Positions 16,541 to 24,980 are shown, numbered from the stretch's first letter. The stretch is DNA of 26,894 bases from an uncultured bacterium (GCA_937873545.1 CALMWI010000155.1:1-26894), one strand, 5' to 3'. Notes: generated by a model from the letters alone, not told the origin. Numbers and translations are program-made.

Positions 16541-18202
16541 ATGAAAAAGATTATCTCAATTTTAGCCATAGCTGCTGCCGGTTTAGTTTTTGCCTCAGAA
16601 TTTTATATGCCTCCTAAGGAGAATAAGTTTTCCGATAGAGCGGAGAATTTTATAAAATCCAAATCTGAAGAGACACGGGTATTTGTCATCTATTTTACCG
16701 ACAAGAATATATTCGATAAATCCTCTTTCGACAAAGTTAAAAAAGACATGCGTCTTGATGAGAAAACTCTGAAACGAAGGGCAAAAACTTTCAAAAGAGA
16801 AAGTGACCTTGTACTGTTCTCTGATCTGCCGGTCAATCAGGAATATATCGACAAACTCGGGCTTGAAAAAGAAAGGGCAAGATCGAAATGGTTCAATTTT
16901 ATATCTGCAGAAATAACTTCAGAAAAAGCTGTTGAAATATCTAGAATGAATTTTGTCAGATATATTGATATTCTGCCAAAAGTAAAAAAGGATATGAGCA
17001 TAAAAAGCGAACAACCGTCAGAATCTTCAAAAGACGCTTTTTATAACCTGACTTATAATCAGGTGAACCAGATAAATATTCCTGCAGTCCATGCACTCGG
17101 ATACAAGGGTCAGGGAGCCAGGCTGATGATTGTGGATACGGGTTTTAATAAGGATCATCAGGTATTCGACAGCCTCACTGTCGTTGATGAGTACGATTTT
17201 ATATATGGAGATGACGAAACTGCTGACGATATACATGATTCGACAGGTCAGGAAGGACACGGAACAGCCTGCTGGTCGATTGCGGCGGGATACAAGCCGG
17301 GAACCTTCGTCGGACCTGCTTTCAGATCGGATTTTCTGCTCGCTAAGACCGAAAATTACGCAAGCGAAGGGACTTATGAGGAAGATTACATGGTCGCCGC
17401 TCTCGAATGGGGGGAGGCTCTCGGTGCTGATGTAGCTTCGATATCTTTGGGATATTCCGAGTTTGATGATCCTGCAGATAACTATACTTATGAGGACATG
17501 AACGGGATCACAACAATATGTACTCTCGGCGCGAAACAGGCGGCATATCTGGGAATGGTCGTCTGTAATTCGATGGGTAATTCAGGAACAAGCGCGTGGC
17601 ATTATCTGTCGGCTCCGGCCGACGCGGACAGCATTTTATCATGCGGATCCGTCGATCTTAACGGAGTGATAGCGGCTTCATCATCTTATGGACCTTCTTA
17701 TGATGGCAGGATAAAACCGGAAGTCGTTGCACGCGGCGTCAGCGATTATTACGCGGTATCGAGCACAAATACAACTTATGCGACAGGATCAGGAACTTCG
17801 TTCGCGACGCCTCTAGTTGCAGGAGTAGCATGTATGCTTTTATCAGCCCACCCTGACTGGACGAACATGGATGTCCGCGAAGCTCTGATGATGACGGCCG
17901 ACCGGGCGTCGAATCCCGACAGCACAAGATACGGATGGGGTCTTATCGACGCATTAGCCGCAGTGAACTATGTTCATCTTGCCGATCCGCAGAATGTTTC
18001 CACCAGCGTTTCGGGAACGACCCTGACAGTTTCATGGAGCGCCGTTACCAATGCAAGATCATATCTTGTTTTTCACTCCGATCTGCCGTACGAAGGTTTT
18101 ACATATCTCGCCACGACAGATCAGGCGAATTATCCTGTATCAATAACAAGCTCAACCAAGAAATTCTACTATATAAAAGCATCAAATCAGGAAATGAAAT
18201 AA
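16541..18202 (+). CDS. Secreted S8 (subtilisin-like) serine peptidase with propeptide and FnIII-like C-terminal domain
   Basis: Signal peptide. Catalytic triad motifs IVDTG (Asp), HGT (His) and GTSFATP (Ser). Oxyanion-hole NSMGN, RIKPEVVARG and YGWG. C-terminal PQNV...LTVSW..V..A..Y.V. Confidence 0.93.
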   Translation: MKKIISILAIAAAGLVFASEFYMPPKENKFSDRAENFIKSKSEETRVFVIYFTDKNIFDKSSFDKVKKDMRLDEKTLKRRAKTFKRESDLVLFSDLPVNQEYIDKLGLEKERARSKWFNFISAEITSEKAVEISRMNFVRYIDILPKVKKDMSIKSEQPSESSKDAFYNLTYNQVNQINIPAVHALGYKGQGARLMIVDTGFNKDHQVFDSLTVVDEYDFIYGDDETADDIHDSTGQEGHGTACWSIAAGYKPGTFVGPAFRSDFLLAKTENYASEGTYEEDYMVAALEWGEALGADVASISLGYSEFDDPADNYTYEDMNGITTICTLGAKQAAYLGMVVCNSMGNSGTSAWHYLSAPADADSILSCGSVDLNGVIAASSSYGPSYDGRIKPEVVARGVSDYYAVSSTNTTYATGSGTSFATPLVAGVACMLLSAHPDWTNMDVREALMMTADRASNPDSTRYGWGLIDALAAVNYVHLADPQNVSTSVSGTTLTVSWSAVTNARSYLVFHSDLPYEGFTYLATTDQANYPVSITSSTKKFYYIKASNQEMK

Positions 18203-18210
18203 GGATATTT

Positions 18211-19194
18211 ATGAGAACAAAAATTGGAATAGCGGGATGCGGACATTTGGGCAAACTGCACACAAAGATGCATACGATGCTGCCGGATATTTCGGAACTT
18301 ATCGGTGTTTACGATATAAATCCGGAAGCGGTCAAAACTGCTTCAGAACTAAATAAGTGCAGAGGTTTTAATAGTCTGGAAGAACTGCTTCCGCTGGTTG
18401 ACGGGATGGTCGTTGCGGTCGCGACACAGGGACACTATGAAGTTGCAAAAAAATGTCTTCTTGCCGGAAAGCATATATTTATTGAAAAGCCTATAACCGC
18501 GACGGTTGAGCAGGGCATTGAGATCGTTCAACTGGCAAAAGAGAAAGGCCTGATCATTCAGGTCGGGCAGATCGAGAGATATAATCCGGCATTTTCACAA
18601 TTGAAGGATTTCAGTATCGAACCGAAATTCATTGAAGCTCACCGCCTGGCGCCATTCAATCCTAGGGGTGCGGATGTGTCGGTCGTGCTTGATCTGATGA
18701 TCCACGACATTGATCTAATCTTGAGTCTGATAAAGTCTGATGTGGAAAAAATTGATGCTGCCGGAGTAGCTGTCGTTACAAACACGACCGATATCGCCAA
18801 TGTCAGGATAAAGTTCAAAAACGGAGCAGTTGCGAACCTGACAGCTTCACGGATGAGCTTAAAGAAAATGAGAAAGTTCAGGATATTCCAGGAGCACAAA
18901 TATCTATCGCTCGACCTTGATACCGGAATTGCAGACATATTCTACCTTGCCGACAAAGATGCTTTGATCAATGACGGCATGGCTGTTGCCGATCTCGATT
19001 TTGTTAATAAGAAAATAATTTATTCAAAGAGGGAAAAAATCGAAGTTAATGCACTTCTCGAAGAGAACAGGGATTTTGTCGAAGCGATCTCAAAAGGAAA
19101 AAGTGTAAAAGTAACGGGCGAGGACGGATTAAAAGCTCTTCAGGTAGCCGATAAAATATTAAATGAAATTGCAAATCAATTCAAAGGCGCGTAA
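18211..19194 (+). CDS. Gfo/Idh/MocA family NAD-dependent oxidoreductase (GnnA/WlbA-like)
   Basis: Rossmann IGIAGCGHLG, HIFIEKP, VGQIERYNPA, HRLAPFNPRG.DVSVVLDLMIHDID and ANLTASR. True start is ATG 18211 (MRTKIG) after AAGGA, so the ORF-track extension to 17935 is spurious. Confidence 0.88.
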   Translation: MRTKIGIAGCGHLGKLHTKMHTMLPDISELIGVYDINPEAVKTASELNKCRGFNSLEELLPLVDGMVVAVATQGHYEVAKKCLLAGKHIFIEKPITATVEQGIEIVQLAKEKGLIIQVGQIERYNPAFSQLKDFSIEPKFIEAHRLAPFNPRGADVSVVLDLMIHDIDLILSLIKSDVEKIDAAGVAVVTNTTDIANVRIKFKNGAVANLTASRMSLKKMRKFRIFQEHKYLSLDLDTGIADIFYLADKDALINDGMAVADLDFVNKKIIYSKREKIEVNALLEENRDFVEAISKGKSVKVTGEDGLKALQVADKILNEIANQFKGA

Positions 19195-19197
19195 TAT

Positions 19198-20061
19198 ATG
19201 GAATGGTATTCGATAGACATAAAAATAAAAGACGAAATAATTAAAGATGTTATCACGGAATTTGCATTTTCTATAGGCTGTAAAGGGATCGAAGATCTGG
19301 ATGAAACCACTTTTGAAGAGGATACCGGGCTCAGGTTGTTTTTTGAAGAAGACGATGATCCCGAGATCATTAAAAACTCTCTCCTGTTGTTTTTTGAGGA
19401 GAACGGAATAGAGGATGTTCCAGAAATGAAAGCGGTCAGTATTCCGAAGACCGACTGGCGTGAGGAATGGAAAAAAACATATCAGCCTGTTGAGGCCGGT
19501 AGATTTCTGGTCGTTCCCGCATGGATGGATGTTCATACCGATAAGATCAGGATCCTGATCGAGCCTAAGATGGCTTTCGGAACCGGTACGCATGAAACTA
19601 CAAAACTAATGCTTCAGGAGATCAGCAAGCATGATCTTACAGGTAAAAAAGTATTCGAAGCGGGGTCAGGATCAGGAATTTTATCAATTGCGGCCGTAAA
19701 ACTTGGCGCAGAAAGCGTCACTGCCGTTGATATTGACGAAGAAAGCTACGACAACTGCAAGGAGAACGCCCACATAAATCATGCCGATATGAAAATTCAT
19801 ACAAAATTCACTACTGCAAGCGATTATGAAGGTGAAAATCTATATGATCTCGTTCTTGCCAATATAAACAGGAGCGTTCTTGAGGAACTTATTCCGAGCT
19901 TCAGGAAAATAACAAAACCCAAAGGGATGATCATTTTATCAGGCATTCTGATCGAAGAAAATGCGAGGATGTATTCAAGGATAAAAGAAGTTGGCGGACT
20001 TATCACGGACGGTTATTACGAAATGAACGAGTGGTGCCTGATCAGGCTGGTAAAGATTTGA
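19198..20061 (+). CDS. prmA: Ribosomal protein L11 methyltransferase PrmA
   Basis: DWREEWKK.YQP, VVPAW, IEPKMAFGTGTHETT, GSGSGILSIAA.KLGA, AVDID, LANI and ILSGIL. Confidence 0.93.
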   Translation: MEWYSIDIKIKDEIIKDVITEFAFSIGCKGIEDLDETTFEEDTGLRLFFEEDDDPEIIKNSLLLFFEENGIEDVPEMKAVSIPKTDWREEWKKTYQPVEAGRFLVVPAWMDVHTDKIRILIEPKMAFGTGTHETTKLMLQEISKHDLTGKKVFEAGSGSGILSIAAVKLGAESVTAVDIDEESYDNCKENAHINHADMKIHTKFTTASDYEGENLYDLVLANINRSVLEELIPSFRKITKPKGMIILSGILIEENARMYSRIKEVGGLITDGYYEMNEWCLIRLVKI

Positions 20062-20103
20062 TCCCGAAAACACACAATATTTTTTACTGATTTTCTATTT
20101 TAA

Positions 20104-20220
20104 TTGATAAAACGCTTTTTCATTATTATATTAATAGGCTATGGGTTATTTCATAAATTAAGTAATTTAAAACAAATTGAAATAATTTGCGTTAACATAG
20201 TAAAATTACTATATAAGGAG
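20104..20220 (+). promoter_or_regulatory. Tandem putative sigma70 promoters, two palindromes and RBS upstream of the RRE operon
   Basis: P1: TTGATA (20104-09), N17, TATATT (20127-32). P2: TTGAAA (20177-82), N18, TAAAAT (20201-06). Palindromes TAAATTA-AG-TAATTTA (20154-69) and ATAGTAA-AA-TTACTAT (20197-212). SD AAGGAG (20215-20). Confidence 0.55.
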
Positions 20221-20225
20221 TTTAG

Positions 20226-20468
20226 ATGGATAAAGATAAATTGGCTGTACTTGCAGTGAGTGAAAGCGGGTTCATTTTTGATCCTGTAACCGGCCATTCA
20301 TATACCGCAAATGCTACGGGACTAAAGATCCTTGAACTGCTTAAAGCAGGAAAAGAGCCTGATGAGATCAGGTCGGTTCTTCTTGACGAGTATGACTCGA
20401 CAGAAGACGAAGTCAGCGTGGATGTTAATGATTTTATTGAAAATCTCAAAAAATATTTCTTAATATAG
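20226..20468 (+). CDS. Stand-alone PqqD-family / RiPP recognition element (RRE) protein
   Basis: 80 aa. Three short strands (AVSESG, FIFDP.TG, SYTAN), then N.TG..IL.LL..G....I...L..EY......V..DV..FI..L....LI, the PqqD winged-helix pattern. Confidence 0.85.
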   Translation: MDKDKLAVLAVSESGFIFDPVTGHSYTANATGLKILELLKAGKEPDEIRSVLLDEYDSTEDEVSVDVNDFIENLKKYFLI

Positions 20469-20477
20469 GGGATTTTT

Positions 20478-21530
20478 ATGAAGCTCACCGTAGCGGTAAG
20501 CGGGATAAACACTATTGATAATCCGGGTCCCGGCGCCGGGATATGCCGGGCTTTAAAAGAAAGCGGGATGGATGTAAGGACCATAGGTCTTGCCTATGAC
20601 GCGCTTGAACCGGGAATATATTTAGACCATATAATCGATAAAAGCTATATCATGCCTTATCCTTCAGGAAGCCGTGAAGCATTTATCGAAAGAATCAAAG
20701 ACATTCATTCAAGAGAGAGTATCGATGTTATAATTTCCGCGCTTGATGCCGAACTTCCGATCTATATGGATATCGAGCCTGTTCTGAAAGATATCGGAAT
20801 TAAGATGCTGATACCTTCAAAGGAAATGTTCAGGCTTAGAGATAAGCTCAGACTCAAGGAACTGGCTGAAAAGATCGGAGTTAAAGCTCCGGAGTACATG
20901 AGCTGCACATCTCTGGCAGATCTTCATAACGCGGTGAACGAATTGGGGTTCCCGTGCATGGTGAAAGGGCCATTCTATGAAGCGTACAAAGCTAATTCAC
21001 CGGGCGAGGCGGAAGGATATTTCGGAAAGATCGCAGCAGCCTGGGGTTATCCGATCATCGTGCAGAAATTCATTCAGGGTGACGAGTACGATGTGATAGG
21101 GTGCGGAGACGGCAACGGTAACGATATAGGAGTCTTCGCCATCAGAAAAATGACGATCACCAAGCTCGGTAAAGTATGGAACGCCGTCAGCATCAGGAAC
21201 GAAAAGCTTATCGAAGCTACAAAAAGGGTAGTAAAAGGGCTTTCGTGGCGCGGCGGATTTGAGTTCGAAGTGCTTCTTGAGGACAAGACCCAGGAAATAT
21301 ATGTACTTGAAATAAATCCGAGGTTTCCTGCATGGGTGTATTTTCCGGCAGGCTGCGGAATAAATCTGCCTGCGCGAATGGTTCAGCTTCTTACCGGGCA
21401 GGACTACGACACGCATTCCGATTATAAGAGCGGCAAGCTGATGATAAGATACACCAATGAACTTGTAAAAGATATATCCGACTTCGAACAGATCAGCACA
21501 TTCGGGGAGACATCGGAAAAAGGAGAATAG
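20478..21530 (+). CDS. ATP-grasp carboxylate-amine ligase (single-domain, CarB-like)
   Basis: Pre-grasp domain, DKLRLKELAEKIGV..P, GFPCMVKG, IIVQKFIQGDEY, GGFEFE and VLEINPRF (metal-binding E-x-N). Confidence 0.9.
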   Translation: MKLTVAVSGINTIDNPGPGAGICRALKESGMDVRTIGLAYDALEPGIYLDHIIDKSYIMPYPSGSREAFIERIKDIHSRESIDVIISALDAELPIYMDIEPVLKDIGIKMLIPSKEMFRLRDKLRLKELAEKIGVKAPEYMSCTSLADLHNAVNELGFPCMVKGPFYEAYKANSPGEAEGYFGKIAAAWGYPIIVQKFIQGDEYDVIGCGDGNGNDIGVFAIRKMTITKLGKVWNAVSIRNEKLIEATKRVVKGLSWRGGFEFEVLLEDKTQEIYVLEINPRFPAWVYFPAGCGINLPARMVQLLTGQDYDTHSDYKSGKLMIRYTNELVKDISDFEQISTFGETSEKGE

Positions 21531-21533
21531 AGA

Positions 21534-22886
21534 ATGAAAAAAGAATACATAAAACCGTATATCAGAAAACAGACCGCCGGAGTGATGAACAAATTCGGCG
21601 TAAGTTACAATAAAGGTCACAGGGAAGAGATCGAAGGTTTTCATATCGGTGATTTTACCGAAAAATTCGGATCGCCCGTATTTGTTTTAAGCGAAAAAGT
21701 AATAAGGGAAAGATACAGAAAGATCTATTCATATTTTTCCAGCAAATATCCGAAGGCAAAAATGAGCTGGTCGTATAAAACGAATTACCTCGATGCCGTA
21801 TGTTCCGTGCTTCATCAGGAGGGCGAGACGGCGGAAGTGGTTTCAGACTTTGAATATCAGAAAGCGAGAAGGCTGGGCGTACCGGGCAAGAAGATCATTT
21901 ATAACGGACCTTACAAACCGCTTGAATCGCTTATTGTAGCATTTAAAGAAGGCGCGATGGTCAATCTCGATAATTTCGACGAGATTATCAAAGCGGAAGA
22001 GGCGGCGAAAAAACTCGATATTAAAGCATCTGTCGGCATCAGGGTCAACATGGACACGGGTGTTTATCCGCAGTGGTCGAGATTCGGATTCAATATCGAG
22101 AACAACAACGCATTCAACGCGGTGAAAAGGATCCAGCACAGCGAATATCTGCATCTTGAAGGTATCCATTGTCATATCGGGACTTTCATGATGGAGCCTA
22201 GCGCCTATAAAGAAGCGGTTAAGAAAATTGTTCAGCTGATGCGCAGGATCGAGAAAGAATTTGAAATATCAATTTCGTACCTGGATTTTGGCGGCGGTTT
22301 TCCGTCAAAGAACATACTTAAAGGAACCTATCTGCCGCCTGAAGTAGCCATACAGCCGGTGGAAAATTTTATTGACGCGATCACAGACACTCTTTTAGAA
22401 GAGCTTGAACCGAAAGAATATCCCGAAGTTTATCTTGAAACAGGCAGGGCGATCGTTGACGAGGCCGGGTGGCTTATAACCACCGTTGATGCCGTAAAAA
22501 GACTTCCCGACGGAACGAAAAGTTATATAATCGACGCCGGCGTAAACCTGTTATACACATCAGCCTGGTACAATTATCATGTCGAGATAGACAGAGAAAT
22601 TCACGGAGCTTATGAGAACAGCATTATTTACGGGCCTTTATGCATGAACATCGATGTAGTGGTCGAAAGCGCGTTCTTACCGCCTCTTCCTAAAGGAACG
22701 AGGCTGATACTTTCCCCGATGGGCGCATATAATATGACCCAGTGGATGCAGTTCATCCGCTACCGTCCGGCCGTAGTTATGATATTGGAGGACGGTACTG
22801 TCGAGCAGATAAGAAGGCCTGAAACATTACAGGATATAGTCGGACCGGAAAGCGTTCCGGAGAAATTAAAGAGATTTCAATTTTAA
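21534..22886 (+). CDS. PLP-dependent fold-type III decarboxylase (LysA/DAPDC-like) with an N-terminal extension
   Basis: FGSPVFV, SYKTN (PLP lysine), EVVS..E, YNGP.K, SRFG, HCHIGT, LDFGGGF, ETGRAIV, YGPLCMNIDV and GAYN. About 30 extra residues precede the barrel. SD AGGAG 8 nt before the ATG. lysA is not assigned because the context suggests a different substrate. Confidence 0.88.
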   Translation: MKKEYIKPYIRKQTAGVMNKFGVSYNKGHREEIEGFHIGDFTEKFGSPVFVLSEKVIRERYRKIYSYFSSKYPKAKMSWSYKTNYLDAVCSVLHQEGETAEVVSDFEYQKARRLGVPGKKIIYNGPYKPLESLIVAFKEGAMVNLDNFDEIIKAEEAAKKLDIKASVGIRVNMDTGVYPQWSRFGFNIENNNAFNAVKRIQHSEYLHLEGIHCHIGTFMMEPSAYKEAVKKIVQLMRRIEKEFEISISYLDFGGGFPSKNILKGTYLPPEVAIQPVENFIDAITDTLLEELEPKEYPEVYLETGRAIVDEAGWLITTVDAVKRLPDGTKSYIIDAGVNLLYTSAWYNYHVEIDREIHGAYENSIIYGPLCMNIDVVVESAFLPPLPKGTRLILSPMGAYNMTQWMQFIRYRPAVVMILEDGTVEQIRRPETLQDIVGPESVPEKLKRFQF

Positions 22887-22898
22887 GGATAAAAGCGC

Positions 22899-24980
22899 AT
22901 GAGTTCAGGCAGGGTAAAAGAATATTATAAAGACACGACAGAAGAATTGTTTTTCGCTTACTCGAATCTTTTCTTTATTCAGAACAGGACCGTCGGAGTA
23001 CTTCTGTTCCTCTCAACGCTGTTCAACCGAAACATCGCCGTTCTCGGGCTGCTTTCTCTCATTATCGCATTGCTCTTCGCAAGGTTCATCGGAGTTAAAA
23101 GAAATGATCCGGTAAATAAACTATTTACCTACAATGCCCTTCTTACCGGATTTGCCGTCGGATTCATTTTTAAGATCACCACGCTCTCGATTCTGCTAAC
23201 TTTAGGCATGAGCATTCTGACAGTCCTGATCACTTATACATTAAGTTCAGCCCTGTATTTATATTTCAGGCTGCCCGTTTTGAACATACCGTTCACAATA
23301 TCGGCCATGATAATATATCTAGCATCGGCTAAGTACAGCAATCTTATTGTTGATTCATTCTACAAACAGGAATATTTCAATATTGAAGCACTGCCGGCTT
23401 TTATTCAGGGACTTTTCCGGGCTGTCGGAATACTGATATTCATGCCTTATGATATTATCGGCATTATTCTGCTGATAGCGATCCTGCTTTATTCACGGAT
23501 CACCTTTTTTACGGCTGTCCTGTCCTATTACGCGGGAATATATTTCCTAGCTGTATTAAAAGGCAGCGTTCCTCTCGCGTTCCAGGAAGTATCATCATTC
23601 AACTTCATACTGGTGGGAGTGAGTCTCGGCGGAATGTTTCTAATCCCTTCAAAAAGAACATACCTGCTCACATTATCAGCCGTTCTCGCGTCGGTTTTTA
23701 TAATAGACGCCACATCGGTCTTCTGGGTCTCGTTCGGAATACCGGTGTTCACACTGCCGTTCAACCTTACGGTTCTGTTATACATTTATGTACTCGGCAG
23801 CGTCAAATATGTGATGATGAATCAGACCCATCTCGAACAGCCTGAAAAATCGCTTATCGATCATCTCAACTATAAAAACAGGTTCGACTGGTCAACGCCT
23901 TCGATAAACCTTCCTTTTATGGGAAAATGGACCGTATATCAGCCTTTTGACGGCGAATGGACGCACAAAGGCGTATGGAAATATGCTTATGATTTCACGA
24001 TAGAAGATAAAGGAAAAACATTCAAGAACGAAGGACAGCAGAAAGAAGATTATTTCTGCTACGGAAAGCCGGTTGTGTCGCCCGTTGACGGGACTGTAGT
24101 TGATGTTTACGACGAAGCTGATGACAACGATATCGGTACGGTTGATAAAGTGAATAACTGGGGGAATTATATTATAATTTACTTTAACCCCGGGTATTAT
24201 GTTGAATTGTCGCATCTTAAAAAAGGTTCGATCAAGGTTAAAAAGAACGATCAGGTATCAAAAGGGCAATTGCTTTCAGAATGCGGAAATTCAGGTTATT
24301 CGCCAGAACCCCACCTTCATGTTCAGCTGCAGTATTCCCATCTGATAGGATCGGCGGGAATAGAGTTTGCGTTCAACAGCTTCAAAGCGAACGATCTTGA
24401 TCTTGATATTAAATATCTTAAAAAGAATGATTCCGTTACAGCTCTGTCATCATCAAAAACACTCACAAGAAAACTCCAGTTCATTCTTGATGAAGAGTTC
24501 ATATATAAAGTTTTCAATGATGATATTCAGACCGGCGAAATTGCGGTTACCGTGAAGATGGAAACCGACGGCACATATTATTTCTGCGACGGGAAAGAAA
24601 ATAAGCTTTATTTCGGGAACGACAGGGACAGGTTCGTGTATTTTAAATATGACGGGATCTATAATTCCGAGCTCAGATATTTCTTTCTGGCTCTGCCGTC
24701 CGTTCCTCTGTCAGATGACGAACTGATAGAATGGAATGAATTCATTCCCGATAATGTTTTCAGGATATCAAAGCTCCCTCTTATAATAAAATCCTTCAAT
24801 CACAAATTGAACAAGATCTGCGGATTCTATATCAGGAATGATAAAAATACCGTAGCCGGCAAAATAATTCAGAACGGCCGCGTGGCTGCCCAGACCAAAG
24901 CTGTCATTTGCGATAATAAGGGAATTAAAGAGATTTCATTGATTTTCAACAAAAAAACAATCAGATTAGAGAAAATATGA
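22899..24980 (+). CDS. Urea-transporter (UT)-fold membrane protein fused to an M23 metallopeptidase and an unknown C-terminal domain
   Basis: Residues 1-300: two inverted 5-TM repeats with UT signatures YNALL/FNFIL and LPVLNIPF/IPVFTLPF. Residues about 335-480: M23 fold (H356...D365, PVVSPVDGTVV, GNYIII, ELSHLKKGSI.VK..D.V.KGQ....GNSG.S..PHLH with H472/H474). About 190-aa beta-rich tail. Confidence 0.85.
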   Translation: MSSGRVKEYYKDTTEELFFAYSNLFFIQNRTVGVLLFLSTLFNRNIAVLGLLSLIIALLFARFIGVKRNDPVNKLFTYNALLTGFAVGFIFKITTLSILLTLGMSILTVLITYTLSSALYLYFRLPVLNIPFTISAMIIYLASAKYSNLIVDSFYKQEYFNIEALPAFIQGLFRAVGILIFMPYDIIGIILLIAILLYSRITFFTAVLSYYAGIYFLAVLKGSVPLAFQEVSSFNFILVGVSLGGMFLIPSKRTYLLTLSAVLASVFIIDATSVFWVSFGIPVFTLPFNLTVLLYIYVLGSVKYVMMNQTHLEQPEKSLIDHLNYKNRFDWSTPSINLPFMGKWTVYQPFDGEWTHKGVWKYAYDFTIEDKGKTFKNEGQQKEDYFCYGKPVVSPVDGTVVDVYDEADDNDIGTVDKVNNWGNYIIIYFNPGYYVELSHLKKGSIKVKKNDQVSKGQLLSECGNSGYSPEPHLHVQLQYSHLIGSAGIEFAFNSFKANDLDLDIKYLKKNDSVTALSSSKTLTRKLQFILDEEFIYKVFNDDIQTGEIAVTVKMETDGTYYFCDGKENKLYFGNDRDRFVYFKYDGIYNSELRYFFLALPSVPLSDDELIEWNEFIPDNVFRISKLPLIIKSFNHKLNKICGFYIRNDKNTVAGKIIQNGRVAAQTKAVICDNKGIKEISLIFNKKTIRLEKI

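Noticed and set aside
17935-18210. 92-aa N-terminal extension of the Gfo/Idh/MocA ORF
   Set aside because: It overlaps the S8 gene in another frame. The Rossmann fold and SD begin at 18211.
20141-20161. Mini-ORF MGYFIN* upstream of the RRE gene as a possible precursor peptide
   Set aside because: Only 6 codons, weak SD, no leader motif. Expected by chance in AT-rich DNA.
20226-20468. The 80-aa protein as an acyl carrier protein (YDST resembling a DS phosphopantetheine site)
   Set aside because: It lacks LGxDSL context and the four-helix pattern. The three-strand plus three-helix PqqD pattern fits much better.
20226-22886. PQQ or lasso-peptide biosynthesis as the explanation for the PqqD gene
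   Set aside because: No pqqA/B/C/E, radical SAM enzyme, asparagine-synthetase-like cyclase or transglutaminase-like leader peptidase in the window. Genes beyond the edge cannot be excluded.
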